From Acidobacteriota bacterium (lineage in GTDB: Bacteria > Acidobacteriota > Thermoanaerobaculia > Multivoradales > UBA5704), in contig JBDTZG010000014.1 in the NCBI GenBank assembly GCA_040005235.1, positions 42,206 through 106,205 on the forward strand: a stretch of 64,000 bases of DNA, in the 5' to 3' direction. A program made the position numbers and the translations under genes. Shown piece after piece: positions 31,101-40,900 of this stretch (position 1 is the stretch's first letter; each line of letters opens with the position of its first letter). The notes beneath the pieces were generated by a model. The model did not search any database. It had not been told where the DNA came from and saw nothing but the letters and a program-made list of their open reading frames with translations.

Positions 31101-34100
31101 TCCCCGCGGCGATCGTGCTCGTGCCGGCTTTTCCTCTTTCGGCCAACGGTAAGGTAGACCGCCGTGCTCTTCCTGTACCAGGCGCCGTGGAGCCCGGCGA
31201 AAGCGACGACTTCGCGACGCCCCGAACGCCTATTGAAGAGATCATCGCCGGCCTCTGGCAGCAACTCCTGGGCCGTCAGCGGGTCGGGCGAAACGAGAGC
31301 TTCTTCCAACTCGGCGGCCATTCCCTGTTGGCCACCCAAGTTCTCTCGCGATTGCGCGACAACCTCGGCGTGGAACTGCCGTTGCGAACCTTTTTCGAAG
31401 GACCGTCGATCGCCGAGCTTGCCGTGGAGGTAGAGCGGGCCCGCGGAGGTCAGCAACAACCTCTGCCGCCCCTCCGACCGATGAAACGCCAGGGCGTCGT
31501 GCCGCTTTCCTTCGCCCAGGAGCGGGTTTGGTTCGTCGAACAGCTCGTGACCGACAACCCCGTCTACAACATTTCAGCCATTCTCGGCCTCTCAGGGGAT
31601 CTCGATGTCCTTTCGTTGGCGGCCTCTTTCAGCGCGATCGTGAGACGGCACGAGGCGCTTCGAACCACCTTTCACGAGGTGGCGGGAGAAGCGATGCAGC
31701 GCGTCGGTCCGGTGACAGCCGTGGCGATACCCGTCATCGATTTAGGCGGTCTTGCCGAGCCGATACGAAGCGTCGAATCGCACCATCTGCAAGTGGCTGA
31801 GGCACGACGCCCGTTCGATTTGGAGCGCGGCCCGTTGCTGCGAGTGCGCCTTTTGGGTCTGGACCGCTACGACAATCTGGTCCTCTTCACGGTTCACCAC
31901 ATCGTCTCCGATGCCTGGTCCATGAACATCTTCAGCCGGGAGCTCGCGGCACATTACGCCGCTCTCCGCTCCGGCGCGCAGGATGCGCTTCCGGAGTTGC
32001 CGATTCAGTACGCCGACTATGCCGCTTGGCAGCGTGACTGGCTGACTGACGAAGTCTTGGAACGCGAGCTGTCTTTTCTCGGCGAGCGGCTTACCGGCCT
32101 TCCCAACCTGGACCTGCCGACCGACCGGCCGCGGCCGCCGCTCCAGTCATTCCGTGGCGATCGCCGTTCTCGCGTACTGCCCGCAGACACTCTGGGCCTC
32201 TTGCAGGCTTTAGGCTCAGCTTCGGGAACGACGCCTTTCATGGCGCTCCTCTCGGTCTTCGAAGCGCTGATGGGGCGTTATTCCGGCCAGGAGTCCGCCG
32301 GGATCGGTGTTCCTATCGCGAACCGGCGCCGGACCGAGGTGGAGCCGCTCATCGGGTTCTTCGTCAACCTGCTGGTCCTGCGAATGGACCTCACGGGGGA
32401 GCCGACCTGTCTCGATCTCCTCACGCGGGTTCGCGCCACGGCGCTCGATGCCTTTATGCATCAGGACATCCCTTTCGAGGTCTTGGTGAGTCACCTTCGG
32501 CCGGAGCGCGATCTGAGTCGAAATCCACTGGTGCAAGTGGCGTTTCAACTCCTGCACAGCCCGGGTGGCCAGAGCGTACTTCCGGGACTGACGCTGACCC
32601 GTCCTCAGCAGCAAGGCGCGGTGGTTCGCTTCGACCTCGAGTTGGTCGCCTCCGAGGTCGGAGGTCGACTGCTCACTCATTTGGACTATTGCAGCGATCT
32701 GTTCGAGGAGGCGACGGCGGAACGGATGCTCGGCCACTTCGAGAACCTTGTGACGGCGTTTCTGAGAGATTCTTCGGTCCGGCTTTCCGAGTTGGAGCTG
32801 CTTTCCGCGACCGAGAGAGAGCAACTCCTGCTCGTATGGAACGATCCGAAAGCCGCTTTGCCCGGCGTCGACACTCTGCATGGTCTCTTCGAGGCGCAGG
32901 CGGCGGTTCGGCCCAAAGCGCCCGCAGTGCTTTTCGAGCTCGATGAGATGTCGTACGGCGAGCTTAACGCTGCGGCAAACCGCTTGGCTCACCACTTGCG
33001 AGGGCTGGGAGTCGGGCCGGAGACGTTGGTCGGCGTGTGGACGGAGCGGTCGGTCGGCTTGATCGTGGGCTTACTCGGTGTGCTCAAAGCCGGCGGTGCC
33101 TACGTCCCTCTCGACCCGGCCAATCCGCGGGACCGCCTGACCTACATGATGGATGACGCCGGGATTTCGGTCCTCTTGGCACAGCGGAGTCTCGTCGGCG
33201 AGCTGCCGCGGTTGGTCAAGGCATTTGTCGATATCGACGATCCGGGTAGCTGGAAGGGTTCGACGGAGAATCCGCCGCCGTCCGCGACCGCCGAAAACCT
33301 TGCCTATGTAATCTATACCTCCGGTTCCACCGGCCAGCCGAAGGGTGTGATGGTTACTCATGGGCAGGTGAGCCGCCTATTCACCGCTACCCGGAAATGG
33401 TTCGGTTTTGACGAGAAGGATACCTGGGCTCTGTTCCATTCCTATGCCTTCGACTTCTCGGTTTGGGAGTTGTGGGGGGCGCTCCTCCATGGAGGCCGGT
33501 TGGTCGTGGTGCCGTATTGGGCGAGTCGTTCGCCCGAGGCCTTCCACAAGTTGGTCGCGGGAGAAGGCGTCACGGTCCTCAACCAGACGCCCTCCGCCTT
33601 CCAGGAGTTGATCCGTAGCGAAGAGGATCTCGGACGGGTCGATGCCGCCGGCGGGCTTCGCCTGGTCATTTTCGGCGGCGAAGCGCTCAATCTGTCTGCC
33701 CTTCGACCGTGGATCGAGCGCCACGGCGAGAGCAAGCCGCTCCTGGTCAACATGTACGGCATAACGGAGACCACGGTTCACGTCACCTACCGCCCGGTGT
33801 CCTCGGTCGATCTCGGTAGCGACAGGAGCCCTATCGGCGTGCCTATTGCGGACCTCCGGGTTCACTTGGTGGACCGTGCATTGCAGCTCGTGCCCCTCGG
33901 GGTTCCAGGAGAGATGCTTGTCGGAGGATCCGGAGTCGCCCGAGGCTACCTTGCGAGACCCGAGCTGACAGCCGGGCGCTTTTTGCCCGACCCGTTCGAA
34001 GCCGCACCCGGGGCGCGCGTGTACCGCTCAGGCGATCTGGCGCGACGCTTGGTGAACGGTGAGCTTGAATATCTGGGCCGGATCGACCACCAGGTCAAGA

Positions 34101-37100
34101 TTCGCGGATTCCGTATCGAGCTTGGGGAGATTGCCGCGCGGCTCGCTCAGCATCCTGGGGTGGAAAACGTGCTCGTCGACGTGCACGCCGACCTGATCAC
34201 CGGTCCTCAGATCGTGGCTTATGTAGTGCCATTTCGGGAGCACGGCCTTGGGCCGGAGCTGATTGCGGAGCTACGGAGCCTGGCACGCCAGCACCTTCCC
34301 GACTACATGGTACCTGCCGCCTTTGTGCTCCTCGACGAAATTCCCCTGACCGCCAACGGCAAGGCGGATCGAAAGGCTCTGGCAGCCTTGCGCGTCGTGA
34401 CGGAAGAAGCCGTCCATACCGCGCCGCGTACGCCGATGGAGGCGGTGATCGCGGGGATTTGGGGCGAGCTGCTCAACCGGGAGCGGGTCGGTGTCGAAGA
34501 GAGCTTCTTCGACCTGGGAGGGCATTCTCTGCTCGCCTCGCGGGCGATTGGGCGGATCGGCCGAATTTTTCACGTCGACGTCCCTTTGCGAACCATCTTC
34601 GAAACGCCCACGGTCGGGGGACTCGCGGAGCATGTGAGGCAGTTGTTGGAGGAGGGCGAAACGCCCCCATCGCCGCCGATCGAGCCGGTTCCACGCGACC
34701 GGGATCTGCTGCTTTCCTTTGCCCAGCAGAGGATCTGGTTCCTCGATCAGCTCATGCCGGGCAGCTTCGCCTACAACATGCCGGTGGTGATTCGCTTCCA
34801 TGGAGGCCTGGGCATCGAAACCTTTGGCCGCTGCCTGACTGAGCTGGTGGCCCGTCATGAGACGTTGCGCACCACGTTCCAGTTGGCCAATGGGCAGCCG
34901 GTGCAGATCATCGCTCCGCCGTCACCTTGTCGGTTACCGCGGATCGACCTTCGCGCCCTGCCTGCCGACGGACGCAATGCTCTGTCGGTTCGGCTGGCCC
35001 GCCAAGAAGTCGAGCGTCCCTTCGACCTGCGCCGGGGACCGTTGCTGCGGGTTGCGCTGGTGCAGGTCGCTGAGGAGAGGAACCTGCTGATCTTGGCGAT
35101 TCACCACATCGTCTGCGACGGCTGGTCCATGGGGATTTTCGTTCGAGAGACGATCGCTCTCTATCGGTCGTTTACCTCCGGCGATCCATCGCCGTTTACG
35201 CCTCTGCCCTTGCAATTCGCGGACTTCTCCGACTGGCAGCGCCGCTGGCTTTCCGGCGCTTCCTTGGAGTCCCATCTCGCTTACTGGCGACGACAGCTTG
35301 GCGACGATCCTCCTCCTCTAGATTTACCCACCGACCGGCCGCGCCCGTTGGCGCAGACGAACAACGGGAAGAGCCTCAGCCTGGCTTTCTCGCCCGCCCT
35401 CACCCTGCAATTGAAGCAGCTCGCCCGGCAAGAGGGAGCGACTCCGTTTCTGGTCCTCCTCTCGGCCTTCAAGGTGCTTCTGGCCCGCTACTCGGGTCAG
35501 AACGATCTCACGGTCGGCGCGCCGGTGGCCGGGCGCAACCGGATCGAGACCGAGGGGATGATCGGGCTGTTCATCAACACCCTGGCGATGCGCACGGACC
35601 TGGCGGGTCGCCCCAGCTTCCAGGAGGTCGTTAGGCGGGTTCGCGATGTGTCGCTGGCGGCGCTGGCCTACCAGGATCTGCCCTTCGAGAAACTGGTCGA
35701 AGAGTTGCGACCGCGGCGCAGCCTCGACCGTTCGCCCTTCTTCCAAGTGCTGTTCAATCTCCAGAACACGCCGGAAAGCGCGAGCAACCTGCCGGGGTTG
35801 GATTTGGAGTTCATCGACCTTGAGTCGCGGAGCTCCAAGTTCGACCTCTCCCTCTCCCTCTCCGAGCGGCTGGGGACGTTCGGCGGATCGCTGGAGTTCA
35901 ATAGCGACCTCTTCGATTCCGCCTCCGCACAGCGGCTCGTCGGCCATCTCGAGACCCTGTTGGGCAACGCCGTTGCGCTGCCCGAGCACCCGTTTCCCGA
36001 GCTCGGAATTCTCCCGTCCTCCGAGCGTCTTCAGCTCGTCCAGGAGGCGAGCGACACCGGGAGCAGGATTCGCCCGTCGTGCCTCCACGAGCTCTTCGAG
36101 GAGCAGGTGCAGTATCGGCCGGACGCATCCGCCGTCGCCTTCCAGGAGGGTTGTCTTACCTACCGAGAGCTCAATGAAAGGGCGGACCAATGGGCGCGGC
36201 GCCTTCGTTCCCTCGGTGTCGGCCCTGAGGTCTATGTCGGGATCTGTGTGGATCGTTCCCTGGAAATGCTGATCGGTTTGCTGGCGGTGCTCAAAGCCGG
36301 CGGTGCCTATCTACCGATGGACCCTTCCTATCCGGCTTCCCGCCTGGCCTACATGATCGAGGACGCCCGGGTCTCGGTCATCCTGACGCGAGGCGGCGCC
36401 TCCTCCTCGTTCCCTGCCTCATCGGCGATCGTCGTCGACCTCGACGAAACGTTGGAGAGAACCGACGATCGGTGGGCCGGTCGACCGATCGGGATCGCCA
36501 CGCCGCAGAACCTTGCGTATGTCATCTACACCTCGGGCTCCACAGGGCAGCCGAAGGGCGTACAGATCTCGCACCTGGCCCTGGTCAACTTCCTCGATTC
36601 CATGGTGGAGCGGCCTGGGATCTCCTCGGGTGAGCGGCTCGGGGCCGTGACTTCGCTCTCCTTCGACATTGCCGGTCTGGAGCTTTTCTTGCCACTGCTC
36701 GCCGGAGCCGAGGTGGTGGTCGTCGATCGCGAAACCGCATCGGATGCCCTCGGATTGAGACGTCTACTTGCAGATCGAGAGATCACTTTGATGCAGGCGA
36801 CGCCCTCCACTTGGCGCATGTTGACCGAGTCGGGATGGGAGGGACGAAGCGGTCTCAAGATCTTGTGCGGCGGCGAAGCTCTCGCCCAAGACCTCGCCCG
36901 ATCCTTGGCCGTCCGTGGCGCATCGCTCTGGAACATGTATGGCCCGACCGAGACGACGATCTGGTCGGCGATGTCATCCGTTGGCGTAGCGGATCGCACG
37001 ATCTCCCTCGGCCGTCCGATCGCCAACACTCAGATCCATTGCCTGGACCGAGATCTTGATCTGGTTCCCTACAACGTTGCCGGCGAGGTTTACATCGGCG

Positions 37101-37933
37101 GAGAGGGGCTTTCCCGCGGGTATCTCGGACGCCCCGCGCTCACCGCCGAGCGTTTCATCCCCGATCCTTACGGAACCGCCCCCGGAGCACGTCTCTACAA
37201 GACCGGTGACCTTTCCCGGCGATCGGCTCACGGCGACATCGAGTTCTTGGGGCGCATCGACTTTCAGGTCAAGGTGCGGGGCTATCGAATCGAGCTCGGC
37301 GAGATCGAAGCGGCCCTCCACCAACACCCCGCCGTGCGGGACACGGTCGTACTGGCACGGGAGGATGGCGGCGGCACGCACAGATTGGTGGCCTATTGGG
37401 TGCCCCGAGAGGGTTTGGATGCCACCGTGAGCGAGCTTTTGGCCCACGTGCGTAGTCACCTTCCGGAGCAAATGGTGCCGGCCACCTTTATCCGGCTTGA
37501 GTCCTTGCCGCTGACTCCGAACGGAAAAGTCGATCGCCAAGCGCTTCCCGATTCGGCCGGCGACAGGCCCGACCTGGCGAGTGCCTATGTTCCGCCGTCG
37601 AACGAGGTGGAGCAGACGATCGTAGGGATTTGGCAGGAAGCACTGCAGGTCGAGCAGATCGGGGTTCACGACAATTTTTTCGACCTCGGCGGTCATTCGC
37701 TGCTCATCGTCCAGGTGCAGGGTAGCCTGGTCGATGCTTTTCAGGTCGAGGTGCCGGTGATCGAGCTGTTTCGACATTCGACGGTGGCTTCCCTGGCCGG
37801 CTTCATGACTCGGCAGCGGCCGGAAGAGGTACGGGTGGAGGAGGGGCTTGATCGGGCCGAAAAGCGCCGGGCGGCAATGGCGCGCCGAGGCCGCACCGCG
37901 ACCCGTAGCGGCGATGCGGAGGTGGAGCCTTGA
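25109..37933 (+). CDS. NRPS: C-like interface domain-A(Gln)-T-C-A(Ser)-T-C-A(Thr)-T-C-A(Gly)-T
   Basis: N-terminal C-like domain GYRLSPQQ...LHSLCGDG lacks HHxxxDG. A codes DAWQFGLIDK, DVWHISLVDK, DFWNIGMVHK, DILQLGMIWK. Three internal C domains (HHIVTDG, HHIVSDA, HHIVCDG) and four GGHS T domains. ATG 25142 is an alternative start. Confidence 0.96.
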   Translation: MATSSLTGEERMGPAAVNGYRLSPQQERVWSLSKGESEDHFRATCRVRIAGNLDPEAIAAAARRSVERHEILRTVFRKPFGASHPVQVILDEPTLAFRSVDMSGREAGEQRIWLQQLEEEANAPFDLEHGPLLRCILARLAPADSVLYVTLHSLCGDGPTVLNLVDQMGRTHSSAADDEEPLQYADLAEFFNELLESEEMAPGRKYWLERERSGAQDRDLPFDRTNSPLDAPEVRSAAVAMGGALTVHSGDDVRIADASLSTLLLSAWATVLWRLTGRSDLAISVASEGRAYEGLDVALGLFARSLPLSCRLAPEQSFADLMVSLEGEITKATQWQGSFTWKLLEESRALDGIAPTSFFGFSFLEARSTKRYGDLSFVIERLDSMFDSPRLELIGTVTSERLELRVRASSEVCPPAEAQRLLGQLTTLLENAIANPQRRLIDLPSLSPVERHQLLFEFNDTDVLLTAEQRLDKLVLDQCRRTPNRIAVVEGGRFLTFAALDTQAGRIAGELLRRGIETDEVVGVFLERSLEMVVSILGVLKAGAAYLPLAPDYPQDRLAFMIADARPRLIVTQRRLRPNLEPADVPILSLDEEWRAEPFREQSPEHSLGTAGTLAYVIYTSGSTGRPKGVAVSHSAIGNRLLWMQRRFPIGEDDAVVFKTAFTFDASIWELFVPLLAGARVIVARPGGQQDSRYLVRLVLEHRATVLQLVPSMLRIVVEEPELPECTSLLRLFCGGEAFPGELQRRFAACHTASLHNLYGPTEAAIDAAHWACQPGDAPTYLPLGRPLSGVRIYVLDPRVAEPALRGVPGELCIGGRGLARGYLGRPDLTAERFVPDGQSGSWGERLYRTGDRVRFRASGVLEFLGRIDLQIKIRGYRVELGEIEVSLERHQGVAQAAVELRSNEKGDRLIAYVVPRAEAPDAAELRTFLAESLPDYMIPAAVVLLPALPLLPNGKLDRNALQELSETEGEKSREAPQSLTQEVLCGIWSDVLGVDGIGIRDSFFDLGGHSISATQMAARVRAAFGVDLTLRAVFDHPTIVEIAEAIEGLRSESRARSLPPMVMQPRNLPLPLSFAQRRLWFLDQLQPGNAAYNVGLAFSLAGRLSLPILIEALNAVLRRHEVLRTTFARVDGEPMQTIAPELKLTLPLVDLAGLETGRRERIVARLASAVAGLSFDLVRGPLVRALVVRGGAVDHTAVVALHHIVTDGWSTRILLRELAAFYRMKLQRSPMDLPDLPIQYADFAYWQRQWLQGEELNAQLAYWRSRLEALSVLQLPTDRPRPPLQSFRGAAQALVLPARVVESLALIGRRNGASLFMVLVAAFSCLLARLSGSRDIAIGVPIAGRSRPEVEGLIGLFVNTLVLRADFSGKPGLGAVIERIREAVLGASASQYLPFEQLVESLQLERDLSQNPLFQVMLILQNLPQNEIEIEGLALRTLPVKTGTAKLDLSLDLMETANGLVGAFEYNSDLFEPATIERWARHFTTLLESGLESPDRSFSELDMLSEGERGQILERWNETGVTYRLLTLHQLIEEQVARTPEAPALVFEGERISYSEMDRRAELWARHLRNLGIGPEMPVGICAERSMEMVIGMLAILKAGGAYLPLDPSLPSKRLAFMMRDAGLRLVLTQERLLGRLPKDWEGRYLCLDGEVPTDTGINAPTVVDLANLAYIIYTSGSTGFPKGVMISHAAIANRLLWMQNAYRLSSEDRVLQKTPYTFDVSVWEFFWPLLVGATLVIARPEGHMDASYLASLIAAEKITTLHFVPSMLQVFLEEPKAAECQSLRLIICSGEALSVELANRCLSRFSPLGVELHNLYGPTEASVDVSFWECRPAERLPTTPIGRPIANTRLYVVDLEGMPVPVGVPGELLIGGAGLGRGYLGRAEQTAERFVPDPFGVDPGGRLYRTGDLSCFLADGDIEFRGRIDFQVKIRGFRIELGEIESVLERHAGVRQAVAVAVPIAGDPRLVAYVVSEEESAPTQAELRTHLAANLPDYMIPAAIVLVPAFPLSANGKVDRRALPVPGAVEPGESDDFATPRTPIEEIIAGLWQQLLGRQRVGRNESFFQLGGHSLLATQVLSRLRDNLGVELPLRTFFEGPSIAELAVEVERARGGQQQPLPPLRPMKRQGVVPLSFAQERVWFVEQLVTDNPVYNISAILGLSGDLDVLSLAASFSAIVRRHEALRTTFHEVAGEAMQRVGPVTAVAIPVIDLGGLAEPIRSVESHHLQVAEARRPFDLERGPLLRVRLLGLDRYDNLVLFTVHHIVSDAWSMNIFSRELAAHYAALRSGAQDALPELPIQYADYAAWQRDWLTDEVLERELSFLGERLTGLPNLDLPTDRPRPPLQSFRGDRRSRVLPADTLGLLQALGSASGTTPFMALLSVFEALMGRYSGQESAGIGVPIANRRRTEVEPLIGFFVNLLVLRMDLTGEPTCLDLLTRVRATALDAFMHQDIPFEVLVSHLRPERDLSRNPLVQVAFQLLHSPGGQSVLPGLTLTRPQQQGAVVRFDLELVASEVGGRLLTHLDYCSDLFEEATAERMLGHFENLVTAFLRDSSVRLSELELLSATEREQLLLVWNDPKAALPGVDTLHGLFEAQAAVRPKAPAVLFELDEMSYGELNAAANRLAHHLRGLGVGPETLVGVWTERSVGLIVGLLGVLKAGGAYVPLDPANPRDRLTYMMDDAGISVLLAQRSLVGELPRLVKAFVDIDDPGSWKGSTENPPPSATAENLAYVIYTSGSTGQPKGVMVTHGQVSRLFTATRKWFGFDEKDTWALFHSYAFDFSVWELWGALLHGGRLVVVPYWASRSPEAFHKLVAGEGVTVLNQTPSAFQELIRSEEDLGRVDAAGGLRLVIFGGEALNLSALRPWIERHGESKPLLVNMYGITETTVHVTYRPVSSVDLGSDRSPIGVPIADLRVHLVDRALQLVPLGVPGEMLVGGSGVARGYLARPELTAGRFLPDPFEAAPGARVYRSGDLARRLVNGELEYLGRIDHQVKIRGFRIELGEIAARLAQHPGVENVLVDVHADLITGPQIVAYVVPFREHGLGPELIAELRSLARQHLPDYMVPAAFVLLDEIPLTANGKADRKALAALRVVTEEAVHTAPRTPMEAVIAGIWGELLNRERVGVEESFFDLGGHSLLASRAIGRIGRIFHVDVPLRTIFETPTVGGLAEHVRQLLEEGETPPSPPIEPVPRDRDLLLSFAQQRIWFLDQLMPGSFAYNMPVVIRFHGGLGIETFGRCLTELVARHETLRTTFQLANGQPVQIIAPPSPCRLPRIDLRALPADGRNALSVRLARQEVERPFDLRRGPLLRVALVQVAEERNLLILAIHHIVCDGWSMGIFVRETIALYRSFTSGDPSPFTPLPLQFADFSDWQRRWLSGASLESHLAYWRRQLGDDPPPLDLPTDRPRPLAQTNNGKSLSLAFSPALTLQLKQLARQEGATPFLVLLSAFKVLLARYSGQNDLTVGAPVAGRNRIETEGMIGLFINTLAMRTDLAGRPSFQEVVRRVRDVSLAALAYQDLPFEKLVEELRPRRSLDRSPFFQVLFNLQNTPESASNLPGLDLEFIDLESRSSKFDLSLSLSERLGTFGGSLEFNSDLFDSASAQRLVGHLETLLGNAVALPEHPFPELGILPSSERLQLVQEASDTGSRIRPSCLHELFEEQVQYRPDASAVAFQEGCLTYRELNERADQWARRLRSLGVGPEVYVGICVDRSLEMLIGLLAVLKAGGAYLPMDPSYPASRLAYMIEDARVSVILTRGGASSSFPASSAIVVDLDETLERTDDRWAGRPIGIATPQNLAYVIYTSGSTGQPKGVQISHLALVNFLDSMVERPGISSGERLGAVTSLSFDIAGLELFLPLLAGAEVVVVDRETASDALGLRRLLADREITLMQATPSTWRMLTESGWEGRSGLKILCGGEALAQDLARSLAVRGASLWNMYGPTETTIWSAMSSVGVADRTISLGRPIANTQIHCLDRDLDLVPYNVAGEVYIGGEGLSRGYLGRPALTAERFIPDPYGTAPGARLYKTGDLSRRSAHGDIEFLGRIDFQVKVRGYRIELGEIEAALHQHPAVRDTVVLAREDGGGTHRLVAYWVPREGLDATVSELLAHVRSHLPEQMVPATFIRLESLPLTPNGKVDRQALPDSAGDRPDLASAYVPPSNEVEQTIVGIWQEALQVEQIGVHDNFFDLGGHSLLIVQVQGSLVDAFQVEVPVIELFRHSTVASLAGFMTRQRPEEVRVEEGLDRAEKRRAAMARRGRTATRSGDAEVEP

Positions 37934-40900
37934 ACCAGGAGGGCGGAAACGAGATCGCTGTCATCGGGTTGGCGGGCCGATTCCCCGGTGCGTCTTCGGT
38001 GGATGAGCTGTGGTCCAACCTATGCGCAGGGATCGAGTCGATTTCCGTTTTCTCCGAAGACGACCTGAACGCTGCCGGCATTTCCGCCGAGCTGCTGCGC
38101 CTTCCCAACTACGTTCGAGCGAAAGGCGTCTTGGTCGACGTCGATCTCTTCGATTACGGATTTTTCGCCATCGGGGCCCGCATCGCCCAGGTGATGGACC
38201 CGCAGCACCGAATTTTCCTCGAATGCTCTTGGGAGGCATTGGAATCCGCCGGTTACGACGCGGAGAGGTTCTCCGGAGCCGTCGGCGTGTTTGCCGGATG
38301 CGGGCTGAACAGCTATTTCTTCCAATGCGTGGCACCCAACTTCCAACTCGTGGCCTCGTTGGGTGAGCTGCAGACGACCTTGGTCAACGATAAGGACTTC
38401 TTGGCTACGCAGGTTTCCTACAAGCTGGGTCTTCGCGGTCCGAGCGTAACCGTCCAGACCGCTTGCTCGACCAGTCTGGTAGCGGTCCATATTGCGTGCC
38501 AGAGCTTGCTGATGGGCGAGTGCGACATGGCACTGGCGGGGGGTGTCTCGGTGAAGTTTCCCCACCAGGCCGGTTACCTGTATCAGCCCGAGTCCATCCT
38601 GTCTCCCGATGGCCATTGTCGTCCGTTCGATGCCGCTGCCAATGGAACGGTCAACGGTTCAGGAGCCGGTGTTGTCGTGCTGCGGCGCCTCGCCGACGCT
38701 TTAGCGGCAGGAGACACCGTGCTCGCCGTGATCAAGGGCTCGGCGGTCAACAATGACGGCTCTCAGAAAGCGGGATTCACAGCACCGAGTCTGGATGGCC
38801 AGGCCAAGGTCATCGCCGAGGCGATGGCGGTCGCCGGTGTCGAGCCCGAGAGCATCTCCTTCGTGGAAGGCCACGGCACCGGCACTGCGGTGGGGGACCC
38901 CATCGAAGTGGCCGCCCTGAGCCAAGCCTTCGCCGCCACTGCGAAGACCGACCGAAAAGGGTTCTGTGCCTTAGGCTCGATCAAGGGGAACCTCGGTCAC
39001 TTAGACGCCGCTTCAGGTATCGCGGGGCTGATCAAAGCGGTTTTGGCACTGCGCTACGGCAAGCTGCCTCCGAGCCTTCATTTCGAACGGCCCAATCCGG
39101 CGATCGATCTGGCCGAGAGCCCGTTCTTCGTCAACGATCGGCTCGCCGAGTGGCCCACGGACCGTGGTCCTTTGCGGGCAGGGGTGAGCTCCTTCGGTCT
39201 CGGCGGAACCAATGCCCATGTGGTCCTTGAGGAGGCACCGCTTGCGGCGCCGACCACTCCGCCGGTTCGCGCGCCCCAGCTCCTCGTCCTTTCGGCACGG
39301 ACCGCCACGGCGCTGGAGCGGATGGCCGGCCGACTCGCCGAGTCCATGAGGCAGGGTTCGGACCCCTCCGCGGTCCTCTCCGCAATCCCCTCCCCAGGCT
39401 CCTCCCCGATACCGGCCGAGCTCCCGGAGATCGCTTTTACCTTGCAGACGGGCCGCAAGGTCTTCGAGTACCGCCGCACTCTGGTCTGTCGCGATCGCGA
39501 AGAGGCGGTCGCGGCTCTTTCCGCCGGCATCGGTCGGACGTTGCGGGACTCGGCGCGCAACCGCCCGGTCGTCTTTCTCTTCCCCGGGCAGGGGGAGCAA
39601 AGGATCGGAATGGGGGCCGGCCTCTACGCGACCGAGCCGGTGTTCCAAGCCGAAGTGGACCGCGCTTGCGACCTGCTCAAGCCCCACCTGGGATTCGATC
39701 TGCGCGACGTGCTCTACCCCGCACCGGCGGCCGCCGAGGAGATGGCGCTGCGGCTGACCCAGACAGCTGTGGCGCAACCCGCACTGTTCGTCGTCGAGCA
39801 TGCTTTGGCTCAGCTTTGGATGAGCTGGGGCATCGTTCCGCAGGCCACGATCGGGCATAGCCTGGGTGAGTACGTCGCCGCCTGCTTGGGAGGTGCCCTC
39901 TCGCTTGCCGACGCTTTGGCCCTCGTCGCTTTCCGCGGTCAGCTCATGCAGTCCGTTTCGCCCGGCGCGATGCTGGCCGTGCGCCTCACTCCCGAAGCGG
40001 TGCGAAAGAAGCTCGCCGAACCCCTGGGCGAAGGCCTCGCCTTGGCGGCCGTCAACGGAGCCGAGCGCTGCGTGGTCTCGGGACCCCTCGACGCCATCCT
40101 TGCACTGGAAGGCGATTGGTCCTCCGACGGAGTCCCTTGCCGCCGGCTGGAGACCTCCCACGCTTTCCACTCGGCCATGATGGAACCGGTCCTCGACGCC
40201 TTTCGCAGACGGCTGGAGGGGATTCGTTTCGGCAAGGTGCAAATCCCCTGGCTATCGAACCTTACCGGCGGCTGGATCACGCAGTCGGAGGCTTCGGATG
40301 CGGCCTATTGGTGCGCCCATCTTCGCCAGACGGTCCGCTTCGGCGACGGGGTCCGCGAGCTGCTGGGAGAAGATCGAATCTTTCTGGAGGTCGGTCCGGG
40401 AGCCGTTCTGGGCAACCTGGTCAAGCAGGCTGCGGGGAAATCGGCCGTGCCGGTCCTCCGCTCGCTGCCTCCGGGGCGCGAGGAGCGATCGGACGAGCCG
40501 ACCGCGCTCCTGGAGACCCTTGGCGACCTGTGGCGCCACGGCGCCCGAATCTCATGGAACGCTTTCCACAAAGGCACGCGTCGGCGCCGGGTTCTGTTGC
40601 CCACCTACCCCTTCGAGCGCGAGAAGGCATGGCTTGAACCCCCAGCCGCCGGCCCGATGAAGATTCTGGAGCCCTCAGTGCAGAATCCAGTCCTAATTTC
40701 ACCCGTTCCCGTCTCTGCTTCGAGGTTGCCGGAGATCCTGGCCGGTCTCAGCTCGGTCGTTGGCGACCTGATCGGTGCCCGCCCCGATCAGATCGACCCT
40801 TCCATACCTTTCCTGGACGTAGGAGTGGACTCCCTGCTCCTGATCCAAGCGAGTCAGGCGATTCATCGGCGTTTCGGGATCAAGATTTCCCTGGCCGAGC

